A stretch of 64,000 bases of DNA from Candidatus Moraniibacteriota bacterium (lineage in GTDB: Bacteria; Patescibacteriota; Minisyncoccia; Moranbacterales; UBA1568): positions 502,321-566,320 of the forward strand of contig CAVURJ010000001.1 in NCBI GenBank assembly GCA_963743885.1, given 5' to 3'. A model generated the notes under the pieces. It did no database searches. It worked only from the letters and a program-made list of their open reading frames with translations, and was not told the DNA's origin. The stretch's first letter is position 1. Each line of letters opens with the position of its first letter. The translations under genes were made by a program, and so were the position numbers. Below are positions 55,996-63,328 of the stretch, one piece after another.

Positions 55996-56457
55996 CTACA
56001 CGTATGTCTTCGCAAACGCATCGGCGTCGATCAGGTAGGGTTCGCCGCCCATGTTCGAGCCGTCTTCATCGCAGGTGTCGGCAATCATGCAGTTGGCGCC
56101 GCTGGTTTGCGGCGAACCCCATGAGGCCATGATCTCGATCGGCGTGCCGAACGGATTCACGATGGCTCTGCACGACCCCTTGGCCTTGTAGACATCGCCT
56201 TCGCCGGTCGTTTCGTAGCGATCGAAGAACTTCTTCTCGGAGATGATGTACTGCTCACCGGAAGGGTTCGTCACGATCCAGTCGCCCGCCTGTGCGGTGT
56301 TGGTCGTTTCCTTGGCGCCACCTTCGAGCGTCGTGGTGATTTCTTCGCCGACCACTGCGGGGCGAGCTTTCACCTGGCCCTGTTTCTTGAACACGGACGC
56401 GTTTGCGAGTGCAGCCATGATCTCGGGTGCCTTGCGTTCGATCTTTTTGAATGTCAT
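55996..56457 (-). CDS. Hypothetical protein
   Basis: Starts MTFKKIERKAPEIMAALANASVF after the RBS ggag. 153 aa. Cys-containing C-terminal half. Confidence 0.45.
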   Translation of the reverse strand: MTFKKIERKAPEIMAALANASVFKKQGQVKARPAVVGEEITTTLEGGAKETTNTAQAGDWIVTNPSGEQYIISEKKFFDRYETTGEGDVYKAKGSCRAIVNPFGTPIEIMASWGSPQTSGANCMIADTCDEDGSNMGGEPYLIDADAFAKTYV

Positions 56458-56552
56458 TTCATCGCTCCAATTTGGAAGTTGCGGGATGCCGACGAGATTC
56501 ATCGGACCTAATATGATAGCATATTTTATGGTATCGGTCAATAGCAAAAACG

Positions 56553-56576
56553 AAAAAGAGGCTTCAAAAAGCCTCT
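56553..56576 (-). terminator. Terminator hairpin downstream of the tRNA cluster
   Basis: aaaaagaggcttc-aaaaa-gcctct. On the minus strand it is followed by tttttcgttttt. Confidence 0.5.
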
Positions 56577-56598
56577 GAATCAGTGGTTGTGGGGTATG

Positions 56599-56696
56599 TT
56601 GCCCGGGCAGGGTTCGAACCTGCGCATAGCGGAGTCAAAGTCCGCTGCCTTACCCGCCTCGACTCGCGTCGACGCGAGGCGGGCCACTTGGCTATC
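56599..56696 (-). pseudogene. tRNA-Gln(UUG)-like fragment X with a 31-nt hairpin in the D-loop and no 5' acceptor strand
   Basis: Minus-strand agcc-aagtgg-[cccgcctcgcgtcgacgcgagtcgaggcggg]-taaggc-a-gcgga-ctttgac-tccgc-tatgc-gcagg-ttcgaac-cctgc-ccgggca-a. It has D, anticodon (UUG) and T arms plus the 3' acceptor strand, but no complementary 5' strand. Confidence 0.4.
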
Positions 56697-56706
56697 ATTA
56701 TTGATG

Positions 56707-56779
56707 TTGGGGAGGTAGGGATCGAACCTACGAAATGGAGCCTTCAAAGGGCCCTGCCTTACCACTTGGCTACTCCCCA
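56707..56779 (-). tRNA. tRNA-Gln (anticodon UUG)
   Basis: Minus strand tggggag-ta-gcca-agtggta-aggc-a-gggcc-cuuugaa-ggcuc-(c)atttc-gtagg-ttcgatc-cctac-ctcccca-a. Acceptor, T-arm and anticodon stem all pair. CCA is not encoded. Confidence 0.75.
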
Positions 56780-57030
56780 ATAATATTTTCTAGTATCTTT
56801 TTTAGTTGTTTTCGTCCTGATGCTGTTTTTAAGTAATGTTCTCTTTTTCTTGCTTCGGATAGAGTATCAAATGTTTCAGAATGTATCAATTGTAATGGCC
56901 TGCGGTGTATTGTCGCTTTGCAGTAACCGTCTGAGTGTTCTTTTATTCGTTTTTCTATGTTATCGGTTGATCCGGTATATGTTTTTTTATCTTTCTGACT
57001 GAGTAGAATATATACGAATCCCTTTGCCAT
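56770..57030 (-). CDS. GIY-YIG nuclease family protein (YhbQ/UPF0213-like, 86 aa)
   Basis: MAKGFVYILLSQKDKKTYTGSTDNIEKRIKEHSDGYCKATIHRRPLQLIHSETF...ARKREHYLK matches the GIY...YIG...R...H/E core. The last 3 codons and the stop (GGGGAGTAG) overlap the 5' end of tRNA-Gln. Confidence 0.75.
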   Translation of the reverse strand: MAKGFVYILLSQKDKKTYTGSTDNIEKRIKEHSDGYCKATIHRRPLQLIHSETFDTLSEARKREHYLKTASGRKQLKKILENIIGE

Positions 57031-57041
57031 AGCTTTTTGAT

Positions 57042-57159
57042 CCTGCCTTACCCGCCTCGCGCCAGCCTCGCCGAAAGAGTCTAGGCGGGTCGATGAGTCC
57101 GCGAGTCGAGGCGGGCCACTTGGCCTGTCGCGTCTCGTTTCGAGACGGACTACTCCCCA
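57042..57159 (-). pseudogene. Duplicated tRNA-Gln 5' segment (nt 1-28) interrupted by two perfect-hairpin insertions
   Basis: tggggagta-[gtccgtctcgaaacgagacgcgaca]-gccaagtgg-[cccgcctcg...cgaggcggg, 67 nt]-taaggcagg. Without the inserts this equals the first 28 nt of the intact tRNA-Gln. The D-loop insertion site and terminal arms match those of fragment X. Confidence 0.4.
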
Positions 57160-57160
57160 C

Positions 57161-57200
57161 TAATAGCTTCGCTAGCTTCATTAGCTGCTTAGCTTCTTAG
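57161..57200. repeat. TAGCTTC-family short tandem repeats (intergenic)
   Basis: taatagcttcgctagcttcattagctgcttagcttcttag. The same family lies inside dnaX and, reverse-complemented, at 14810. Confidence 0.5.
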
Positions 57201-57249
57201 ATTTATCCGAAAATACTAACTACGAAATACTAGATACCAGATACTAAAA

Positions 57250-58914
57250 TTAGTTCTCCTGAACTAATTTTCCTCCAAGCATCTCCATCGCTTGGGCCAC
57301 GAGCGGATTTGCTGGGGCTGCCGCGGCGGGAGCGTTGTCGAGGATGATCCGGAGCCGTGTCTCGGACTCCAAGATGGTATCAAAGGCCTGCTTGAGCGTC
57401 AACCGGTTGGCCGGCTGGTCGAGGCGTTCTTTGTGGAAGGGGTATTTGACGGCGATGACGATCTCCATGCCTTCGGTCGAGACCGGACGAGCGGTGGAGA
57501 GGGCGAGCGAGAGCGAGGCGTTGAGTTCTTTGGCCTTCTCGAGGATCATGTGCCAGCGGTTGCTGATATGGGAGAAGTCAAAATTAGCTGCGTTAGCTTC
57601 CTTGGCTTCGCTAGCTTCTTTAGTTTTCGGAGAGGAGGGTTGAGATTCCTCGCTTGCACTCGGAATGACAGAAGAGGAAGCCTTGCTAGCTGCGTTAGCT
57701 TCACTAGCTTCTTTAGCTTCGTTAGGAGAAGAGAGAGCTGGGGAGGTGGCCGCAATCTTTCTTCCTTGGGCTGGCGTTTCTGGTTCTCTTGCCTCTTGCG
57801 TCTTGCCTCTTGCGTCATCTGCCAGTATCCGTACGATAGCGATCTCGAGCGGGAGCTCGGCGATGACCGAGGTCTTGCTCGCGGCCTGGGCGATCTGGAA
57901 TTCCTCGAGCATACGGACGATCGTACCCGGCGTGAAGAGCGATGCGAGCCGTTCGAGGTCCGCGCGTTGCTCATCGGTCAGGTGGTCCATATCAGAGAGG
58001 GCTGTCTTCGGGCTGGCCGAGACGAGCAGGAGCTCGCGGAGGAAGGAGAGAAGCGCGCCGCCAAAGACGGAGAGGTCAACGCCGTCTCCTGAGAGCTTGC
58101 CGACGAAGGAGAGGGCCGGATAGAGCTCATGTGCGCCCAAGAGCGAGACAAGCGCCGCGACATTCTCGCGCTTGGTGGTGCCGAGCACTTCGGCGACCTT
58201 CTCTTCTGTGATGAGTGTATTCCCGAGCGCCGCTACCTGGGTGAGGAGCGATTCGGCATCGCGCATGCCACCTTCGGCTGCGAGCGCAATCATCCGGAGA
58301 GCACCCGGCTCGATTTTCAGCTTCTCTTCTTTGGTAATCTTCGTGAGCTTGGCGATGATGTCCTTGACCGGGAAGCGGGAGAGGTCGAAACACTGGCAGC
58401 GGGAGACGATGGTATCTGGCACCTTGTGGAGCGCGGTAGTAGCAAGGATGAAGATGACGTGCGCTGGTGGCTCTTCGAGGGTCTTGAGGAGCGCGTTGAA
58501 AGCGCCGATCGAAAGCATGTGGACTTCGTCGATGATGTAGATCTTGTGTGACCCTAGGGTTGGTGGGAGCGAGATGGTCTCGCGGAGCTCGCGGATATTG
58601 TCGACGCCGGTGTGCGATGCGGCATCGATCTCGGTGACATCGAGGCTGCGTCCCTCGGCCATGAGGAGGCAGTGTGCGCATGTGCCGCACGGTTCCGCGG
58701 TCTTCTTGTCACGATGAGAACAGTTGACAGCTTTGGCGAAGAGGCGGGCGAGTGTGGTCTTGCCGGTGCCGCGCGGACCAGTGAGGAGATAGGCTTGGCC
58801 GACGCGTCCCATGCGGAGCGCGTTCGTCAGGGTCTTCACGATATGCTGCTGGCCGACGACATCGGCGAAGGTCTGCGGACGGTACTTGCGATACAAGGTG
58901 GTGGATGTAGTCAT
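57250..58914 (-). CDS. dnaX: DNA polymerase III subunit gamma/tau
   Basis: YRKYRPQTFADVVGQQHIVKTLTNAL...GPRGTGKTT, Zn-binding CGTCAHC. The C-terminal region carries low-complexity KEASEA-type inserts encoded by TAGCTTC repeats. Confidence 0.9.
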   Translation of the reverse strand: MTTSTTLYRKYRPQTFADVVGQQHIVKTLTNALRMGRVGQAYLLTGPRGTGKTTLARLFAKAVNCSHRDKKTAEPCGTCAHCLLMAEGRSLDVTEIDAASHTGVDNIRELRETISLPPTLGSHKIYIIDEVHMLSIGAFNALLKTLEEPPAHVIFILATTALHKVPDTIVSRCQCFDLSRFPVKDIIAKLTKITKEEKLKIEPGALRMIALAAEGGMRDAESLLTQVAALGNTLITEEKVAEVLGTTKRENVAALVSLLGAHELYPALSFVGKLSGDGVDLSVFGGALLSFLRELLLVSASPKTALSDMDHLTDEQRADLERLASLFTPGTIVRMLEEFQIAQAASKTSVIAELPLEIAIVRILADDARGKTQEAREPETPAQGRKIAATSPALSSPNEAKEASEANAASKASSSVIPSASEESQPSSPKTKEASEAKEANAANFDFSHISNRWHMILEKAKELNASLSLALSTARPVSTEGMEIVIAVKYPFHKERLDQPANRLTLKQAFDTILESETRLRIILDNAPAAAAPANPLVAQAMEMLGGKLVQEN

Positions 58915-59062
58915 AGGGCAGAAAAGTGGATTGATGGGGTTTCGAGAAACTTTGAAAATAGTAACTGGTAATCCGTAATCGGTAACTAGGAAAGAAGTGA
59001 CCCCCCTGGTTACGAGTTACTCATTACTAGTTACTTCATCCATTATATCTCCTTTCGTCTAA

Positions 59063-59092
59063 CAAAAAAAGCCTCGGAAAAGAGGCTTTTTC
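59063..59092. terminator. Bidirectional terminator hairpin
   Basis: aaaaaaagcctc-ggaaaa-gaggcttttt. Confidence 0.55.
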
Positions 59093-59121
59093 TTGACATA
59101 GAACAGGATTCTGGCTATTCT
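59093..59121 (+). promoter_or_regulatory. Sigma-70 promoter (TTGACA, 17-nt spacer, TATTCT)
   Basis: ttgacatagaacaggattctggctattct, upstream of the secreted-protein gene. Confidence 0.45.
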
Positions 59122-59235
59122 TTCTTTGTTCTTTCACAACCAAGGAGCCCATCTTCCCCATCGAATCCAAAAGAAGCATCTGAAAAAGTAGCACTACGTG
59201 CTGTTTTTTTGTTTTTTCTCCCAAAGGAGTATCGC

Positions 59236-59565
59236 ATGAGAAAATTCGTACTGATCTTCTGTCTCTTCTGTTCCGGCCTCGCCAATGCTTTCGATTGGAG
59301 CCGGCTGCCTCCTCCGAAACCGATCCCGTTCACGGAGAACGGCGTCACCTACGACGCCTTCGTCCAGACGAGGCATCCGTGGTACCACCAGAACTACACC
59401 GTCTACTATCCGGAAAACATCCCTGAAAGCCTGAAGCCGGTCGCCGTCGACTACAACCAGGGCCTTCCCTACCAGCATCTCTGGATTTTGCTTAACCCAG
59501 CCTCTCAAAGCCAGGCATTTGACAGCTTTGACTACAATCCAGGTGTCATCGTCTACCTCTGCTAG
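59236..59565 (+). CDS. Hypothetical secreted protein
   Basis: Signal peptide MRKFVLIFCLFCSGLANA. 109 aa. Trp/Tyr-rich. Confidence 0.45.
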   Translation: MRKFVLIFCLFCSGLANAFDWSRLPPPKPIPFTENGVTYDAFVQTRHPWYHQNYTVYYPENIPESLKPVAVDYNQGLPYQHLWILLNPASQSQAFDSFDYNPGVIVYLC

Positions 59566-59569
59566 GGAA

Positions 59570-60625
59570 ATGTTGCTTGTCAAAACGATACCTGGGGTAA
59601 TCCTGTCTCGAGCAACCAGATCCGGTATCGCCAGTACACCTGGTTCGACTGGACCTACGCTGGCCCGACCGGGTACGATCTCCAGAACGACCTGGTTAGG
59701 GCGGTTGGCATCGATATTAAGGTCAAACTTCGCTTACGATTGGAGCGGACAGTTCGGGTTGACGAGCCTGGCGGCGGGGGATGTGCTGGTGGAGGGGGGA
59801 ACTCCGTTCGCATACCTCAGTTTTCCGATACCGTACGACCTGAACGGGAATTCTAGCCGGAACGGAGTGCCCTATACGGCCTATACGGCACCGGTGAGTT
59901 CAGTGATGGATCAGTCTATGCCGAATGGACCGTATTCCTATAATGGAATTGTGGTGGCCTTCGATGGCGAAACAGGAGATAATCAGTCGTACTGTTATAA
60001 TCCTCCCGGTTGTTCGGTTATTGGTTATTCCAAAACAGGTGGCGGATACTTCTTCGAAGATGCAAACGGGAACAAGCTTATCAATTACCCCGCACCTTCT
60101 GGAGAACATAACGACACACGTCTTTTCTATGACGGCCACCCCGGCTACGACTATCCGTTTAGTCAAGGCACATATATTGTGGCTCCTGAAGGCGGAACCC
60201 TTTGTGTGGCTACAGCCAATACGCAGAGTTATGGTGCTGGAACGGTATGGCGCGACCCAACAAGATGTCCGCTTGCGGCATTAGCCGGATCAACAACATG
60301 GGACACTAATGGTCATGAATATCACGCTTTCTATATCGTGCATTCAGGGCTGAATATTAATGGTAGTCCTGCCGATTACATAACCGGATTTCTCCATAGC
60401 AACAATCTTGAGGGTTCGATTCAATCATCAATCGAGCAGCATGGTTATGCCACTGTTACGAAAGGCCAATTCGTTGCCCAAGTAGGCGGATGGGGGACGT
60501 CGGGTGCCAATACATACGGGTACCATATGCATCTTGAAATCTACAAGAAGAGCGTTTCAACCAGTAACTGGGATCTTGTCGATCCGTACGGAGATGGCAC
60601 GAATAACATCCTCTGGTCGCACTGA
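59570..60625 (+). CDS. M23-family metallopeptidase (LytM-like)
   Basis: Zn-ligand motifs HPGYDYP and YHMHLEIY. Gly/Asn/Tyr-rich N-terminal region. The start is ambiguous; the listed ORF begins at 59519 in overlap with the upstream gene. Confidence 0.65.
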   Translation: MLLVKTIPGVILSRATRSGIASTPGSTGPTLARPGTISRTTWLGRLASILRSNFAYDWSGQFGLTSLAAGDVLVEGGTPFAYLSFPIPYDLNGNSSRNGVPYTAYTAPVSSVMDQSMPNGPYSYNGIVVAFDGETGDNQSYCYNPPGCSVIGYSKTGGGYFFEDANGNKLINYPAPSGEHNDTRLFYDGHPGYDYPFSQGTYIVAPEGGTLCVATANTQSYGAGTVWRDPTRCPLAALAGSTTWDTNGHEYHAFYIVHSGLNINGSPADYITGFLHSNNLEGSIQSSIEQHGYATVTKGQFVAQVGGWGTSGANTYGYHMHLEIYKKSVSTSNWDLVDPYGDGTNNILWSH

Positions 60626-60699
60626 ACAGCAACGCCTGTAAAATAAACTCCCTATCAGAGAAATCTGGTAGGGAGGTTTTTTTAATCTGATAGTGCGAG

Positions 60700-61341
60700 C
60701 TAGTTCAGGAACTTGAATGTGGAGAGGAAATCGTTGGTGAATTTTTCGTCAAGACCGGAAAAATTTATGTTGAAGATAGTATTGTTATGATAAAAGATAA
60801 CAATATTATCCTTTAACCAAACAATTTTTTCTCCAAACAATGCAGATTCTTTTTCTATTGGAGGAAGGTTTTTATTTTGCTGCAAATATTCTTCTAGAGA
60901 ATTGCTTTTTTTAAAGTTAGCGCCGCCCTTCTGATTCATATCAATAGCATCAATTGATACGGAAATATCGCCAGCAGTTGAAACCGTGAACTTATTTGTA
61001 AAAAACATCCATGTACTCGTACAATCTTTCAGTTCTTCAAACCCATACGGCCCTCTTAAGCCAAGAACCCAAGCACTCGGATATTTTACCTCATATCCAG
61101 CCTTTTCATTTCGGCACGTTTTCCATTGCTCAACCGGTTCGGCTATCGCAACCTTTTCATCTGTCTTACCCGGGTGTACCTTTTCTGCAGTCTGCGCTTT
61201 CTTCTGTATGGCCTGAGTCGGAATATCTGTCGCTATCGATCCTTGATTTTTCTCATACACCCACACAAAACCCCCCACCGTAATGGCGATGACGACGAGG
61301 ATGACGGCTCCGAGCCTGGTCGGGATTTTTTTGTTATCCAT
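60700..61341 (-). CDS. Hypothetical membrane-anchored protein
   Basis: Starts MDNKKIPTRLGAVILVVIAITVGGFVWVY (N-terminal TM anchor). AT-rich C-terminal half. The listed ORF extends to 61497. Confidence 0.4.
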   Translation of the reverse strand: MDNKKIPTRLGAVILVVIAITVGGFVWVYEKNQGSIATDIPTQAIQKKAQTAEKVHPGKTDEKVAIAEPVEQWKTCRNEKAGYEVKYPSAWVLGLRGPYGFEELKDCTSTWMFFTNKFTVSTAGDISVSIDAIDMNQKGGANFKKSNSLEEYLQQNKNLPPIEKESALFGEKIVWLKDNIVIFYHNNTIFNINFSGLDEKFTNDFLSTFKFLN

Positions 61342-61345
61342 ATAT

Positions 61346-61993
61346 CTATTTCTTAAACACGATGAATTTGTAGCCGATGAAGTTCCAGGCGAGTCCGGAA
61401 ATACTGCCGGCAGCGGCGCTGACCAGAGCCCACTGTTCTGGTGAGAGGCCACCGAGCTTGTGGAAGAATGAGAAGATAAGCGAGGAGGCGACGACATTGA
61501 TGATGAAGCCGATGAGGCTGACGACGAAGAACTGGATGAACTCCTCGGAGGTCTTCTTCTCGGTGGCGGAGCTGAAGGTCCAGTGTTTGTTCCAGAAGTA
61601 GCTGTTCACGTTGGCGATGATGAAGGAGATGCTCTTGTAGAGCGTGAAGAAAGTGATCGATATGCCGATGGAGAAGGCGACGTCGCTTGCGGCTATCGGG
61701 AGCGCGCTTGCGGCGGCGAGGGTGAGCATGAAGGCGAGGGCACCGATGTCGACCAACGTATTGAGCACACCGATGACGATGAACTTGGCGAGCTGCCAGA
61801 TGATGGCGAAGCGGCGGCCGATCCAGGAGGCGACGACGAGGCCGACGGGCACAATGACGGTGAAGATAGGAACAATGGCGAACTTGAGCGCCTCATAGAG
61901 AGATGGCTTGGCGGTCTCGAGCGTCGGCATGAGGAGTACGCCGATGAGGAAGCCCGAGACGGTCGCGAACAGGTAATCTTTCCTTGATCCCAT
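61346..61993 (-). CDS. GtrA-family polysaccharide-biosynthesis membrane protein (with N-terminal extension)
   Basis: GtrA motifs KFIVIGVLNTLVDIGALAF and NSYFWNKHWTF. Confidence 0.55.
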   Translation of the reverse strand: MGSRKDYLFATVSGFLIGVLLMPTLETAKPSLYEALKFAIVPIFTVIVPVGLVVASWIGRRFAIIWQLAKFIVIGVLNTLVDIGALAFMLTLAAASALPIAASDVAFSIGISITFFTLYKSISFIIANVNSYFWNKHWTFSSATEKKTSEEFIQFFVVSLIGFIINVVASSLIFSFFHKLGGLSPEQWALVSAAAGSISGLAWNFIGYKFIVFKK

Positions 61994-62083
61994 AGCGGGG
62001 AAATGAATGGATTAATGAGTGAGAGATATATTGGATTTGTACGAAAGCCGGCTCATGGCCGGCTCTTTCGATAGTGCGGAGCG

Positions 62084-62872
62084 TTACTTCTGTCCGTTGA
62101 TCTCTTTTTCGATGGCCTCCATATCGCGGACCCAAGCGCCGAGGATAGAATCAGTGTCAGCGGCCGGAGCCGGAGCTTCGGCTGGGGCAGGAGTCTCGAC
62201 GACGGGCTGAGGCGCGACAGTGGCATCTTCTTTCAGGCTCTCGCGCCAGCTATTGATGGCGCTGTGCTTGTCTTCGGCACGGGCGAGCTCGCCCTCCCAA
62301 TCCTTGTGGGCGCCTTTCTGGAGGATGTTTTCGAGCGCGGCCCAAGTGGCTTCGAGATCGCGAGGGAGCAGGACAGCTACCTCATCTCCTGGGGATGCTT
62401 TGAAATACGTGATGGAAGCGAGCAGGATGCGAAACGGCTTGCCGTCAGCGACGACATAGTAGCTGCCGCTCTCATCCTGGGTGACGACGCCGATAGCGTG
62501 CCGGCGGTCGATCGGACCGATCTGCTTGTAGAGGAAGGTGCCGTCGGTCGTGATGGTGAGCTTGAGCATATCTCCCTCGACCAGTTTGGACTTGGAAGCA
62601 TAGTTGGCCGGGACGGGGTACTGCTTGCCGTCGGCGCCCATCATGATCTGGCCGTCGAACGTGCCTTCCACGATGGTGCCATCGACATCGGAGAGGTCGA
62701 TTTTGCGTGGGCGGCCGGACTTCTTCTTGCCCTCAAGCTGGAGGAGCATCGCCTTGGCGCTCTGGATAGTTTTCTCTGCGTTGTTGACCATGTCGCGGAG
62801 CGCCTGGATCTTCATGGAGCGGTCCGCTTCGTCGACAGCTTCCGGCTCAGCTGGAGTGATATTCTTCGTCAT
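62084..62872 (-). CDS. Hypothetical protein
   Basis: 262 aa. Charged N-terminal helix, central beta-rich domain, Pro/Ala-rich linker. No family recognised. Confidence 0.45.
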   Translation of the reverse strand: MTKNITPAEPEAVDEADRSMKIQALRDMVNNAEKTIQSAKAMLLQLEGKKKSGRPRKIDLSDVDGTIVEGTFDGQIMMGADGKQYPVPANYASKSKLVEGDMLKLTITTDGTFLYKQIGPIDRRHAIGVVTQDESGSYYVVADGKPFRILLASITYFKASPGDEVAVLLPRDLEATWAALENILQKGAHKDWEGELARAEDKHSAINSWRESLKEDATVAPQPVVETPAPAEAPAPAADTDSILGAWVRDMEAIEKEINGQK

Positions 62873-63328
62873 AGTATTTTTTGTTTGCGCGCTTTCCGAT
62901 GAGTGTTTTCGGAAAGTATGTTTCTTTCTGTCTTGATACAGTCATTATAATATATGGTTTCGGAGGAAGCAAGGACTGATTGCTGTTGGGGAGTGATTTC
63001 GCATCATGATGTGTCGAGTTCCATCGTGTCTCGTGCGACGCATGGGAAATCGGGATGCTCTTTCGAATTTTTTCTGTGATAGCCATGAAGATTGGTCTCG
63101 CGATGCGTGACGAGATGGGGAGTCATCATGTCATAACGCGAGTCGGATGATGAGAATGGAGATGATGGTATACCGTAGTCGTACGAGACAATATCGGCCA
63201 GCGATATTTGGAATTTTTGACGGATATTTTCGAGGTCTTGACAAAAAATAGGATTATGCGTTAATATAACTCGACTGGAATTTGAGAGGAAATCTATCAT
63301 TTTGTAAATCCCCTAAAGAGAAACCTTT

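Noticed and set aside
56599-56696. Second complete tRNA-Gln gene
   Set aside because: D, anticodon and T arms and the 3' acceptor strand are present, but no complementary 5' acceptor strand exists; the expected tgcccgg is absent. The D-loop holds a 31-nt hairpin. It is called a fragment, not a tRNA.
56770-57030. Group I intron-encoded homing endonuclease interpretation of the GIY-YIG gene
   Set aside because: The protein matches the small YhbQ/UPF0213 GIY-YIG family and has no DNA-binding extension. There is no room for a group I ribozyme core between the tRNA segments (about 290 nt in total, 261 of them coding).
57292-58690. Antisense and alternative-frame ORFs within dnaX (57292..58092, 57546..57974, 58127..58690)
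   Set aside because: They are fully contained in dnaX. Their Arg/Ser/Pro-rich low-complexity translations are driven by the repeat arrays.
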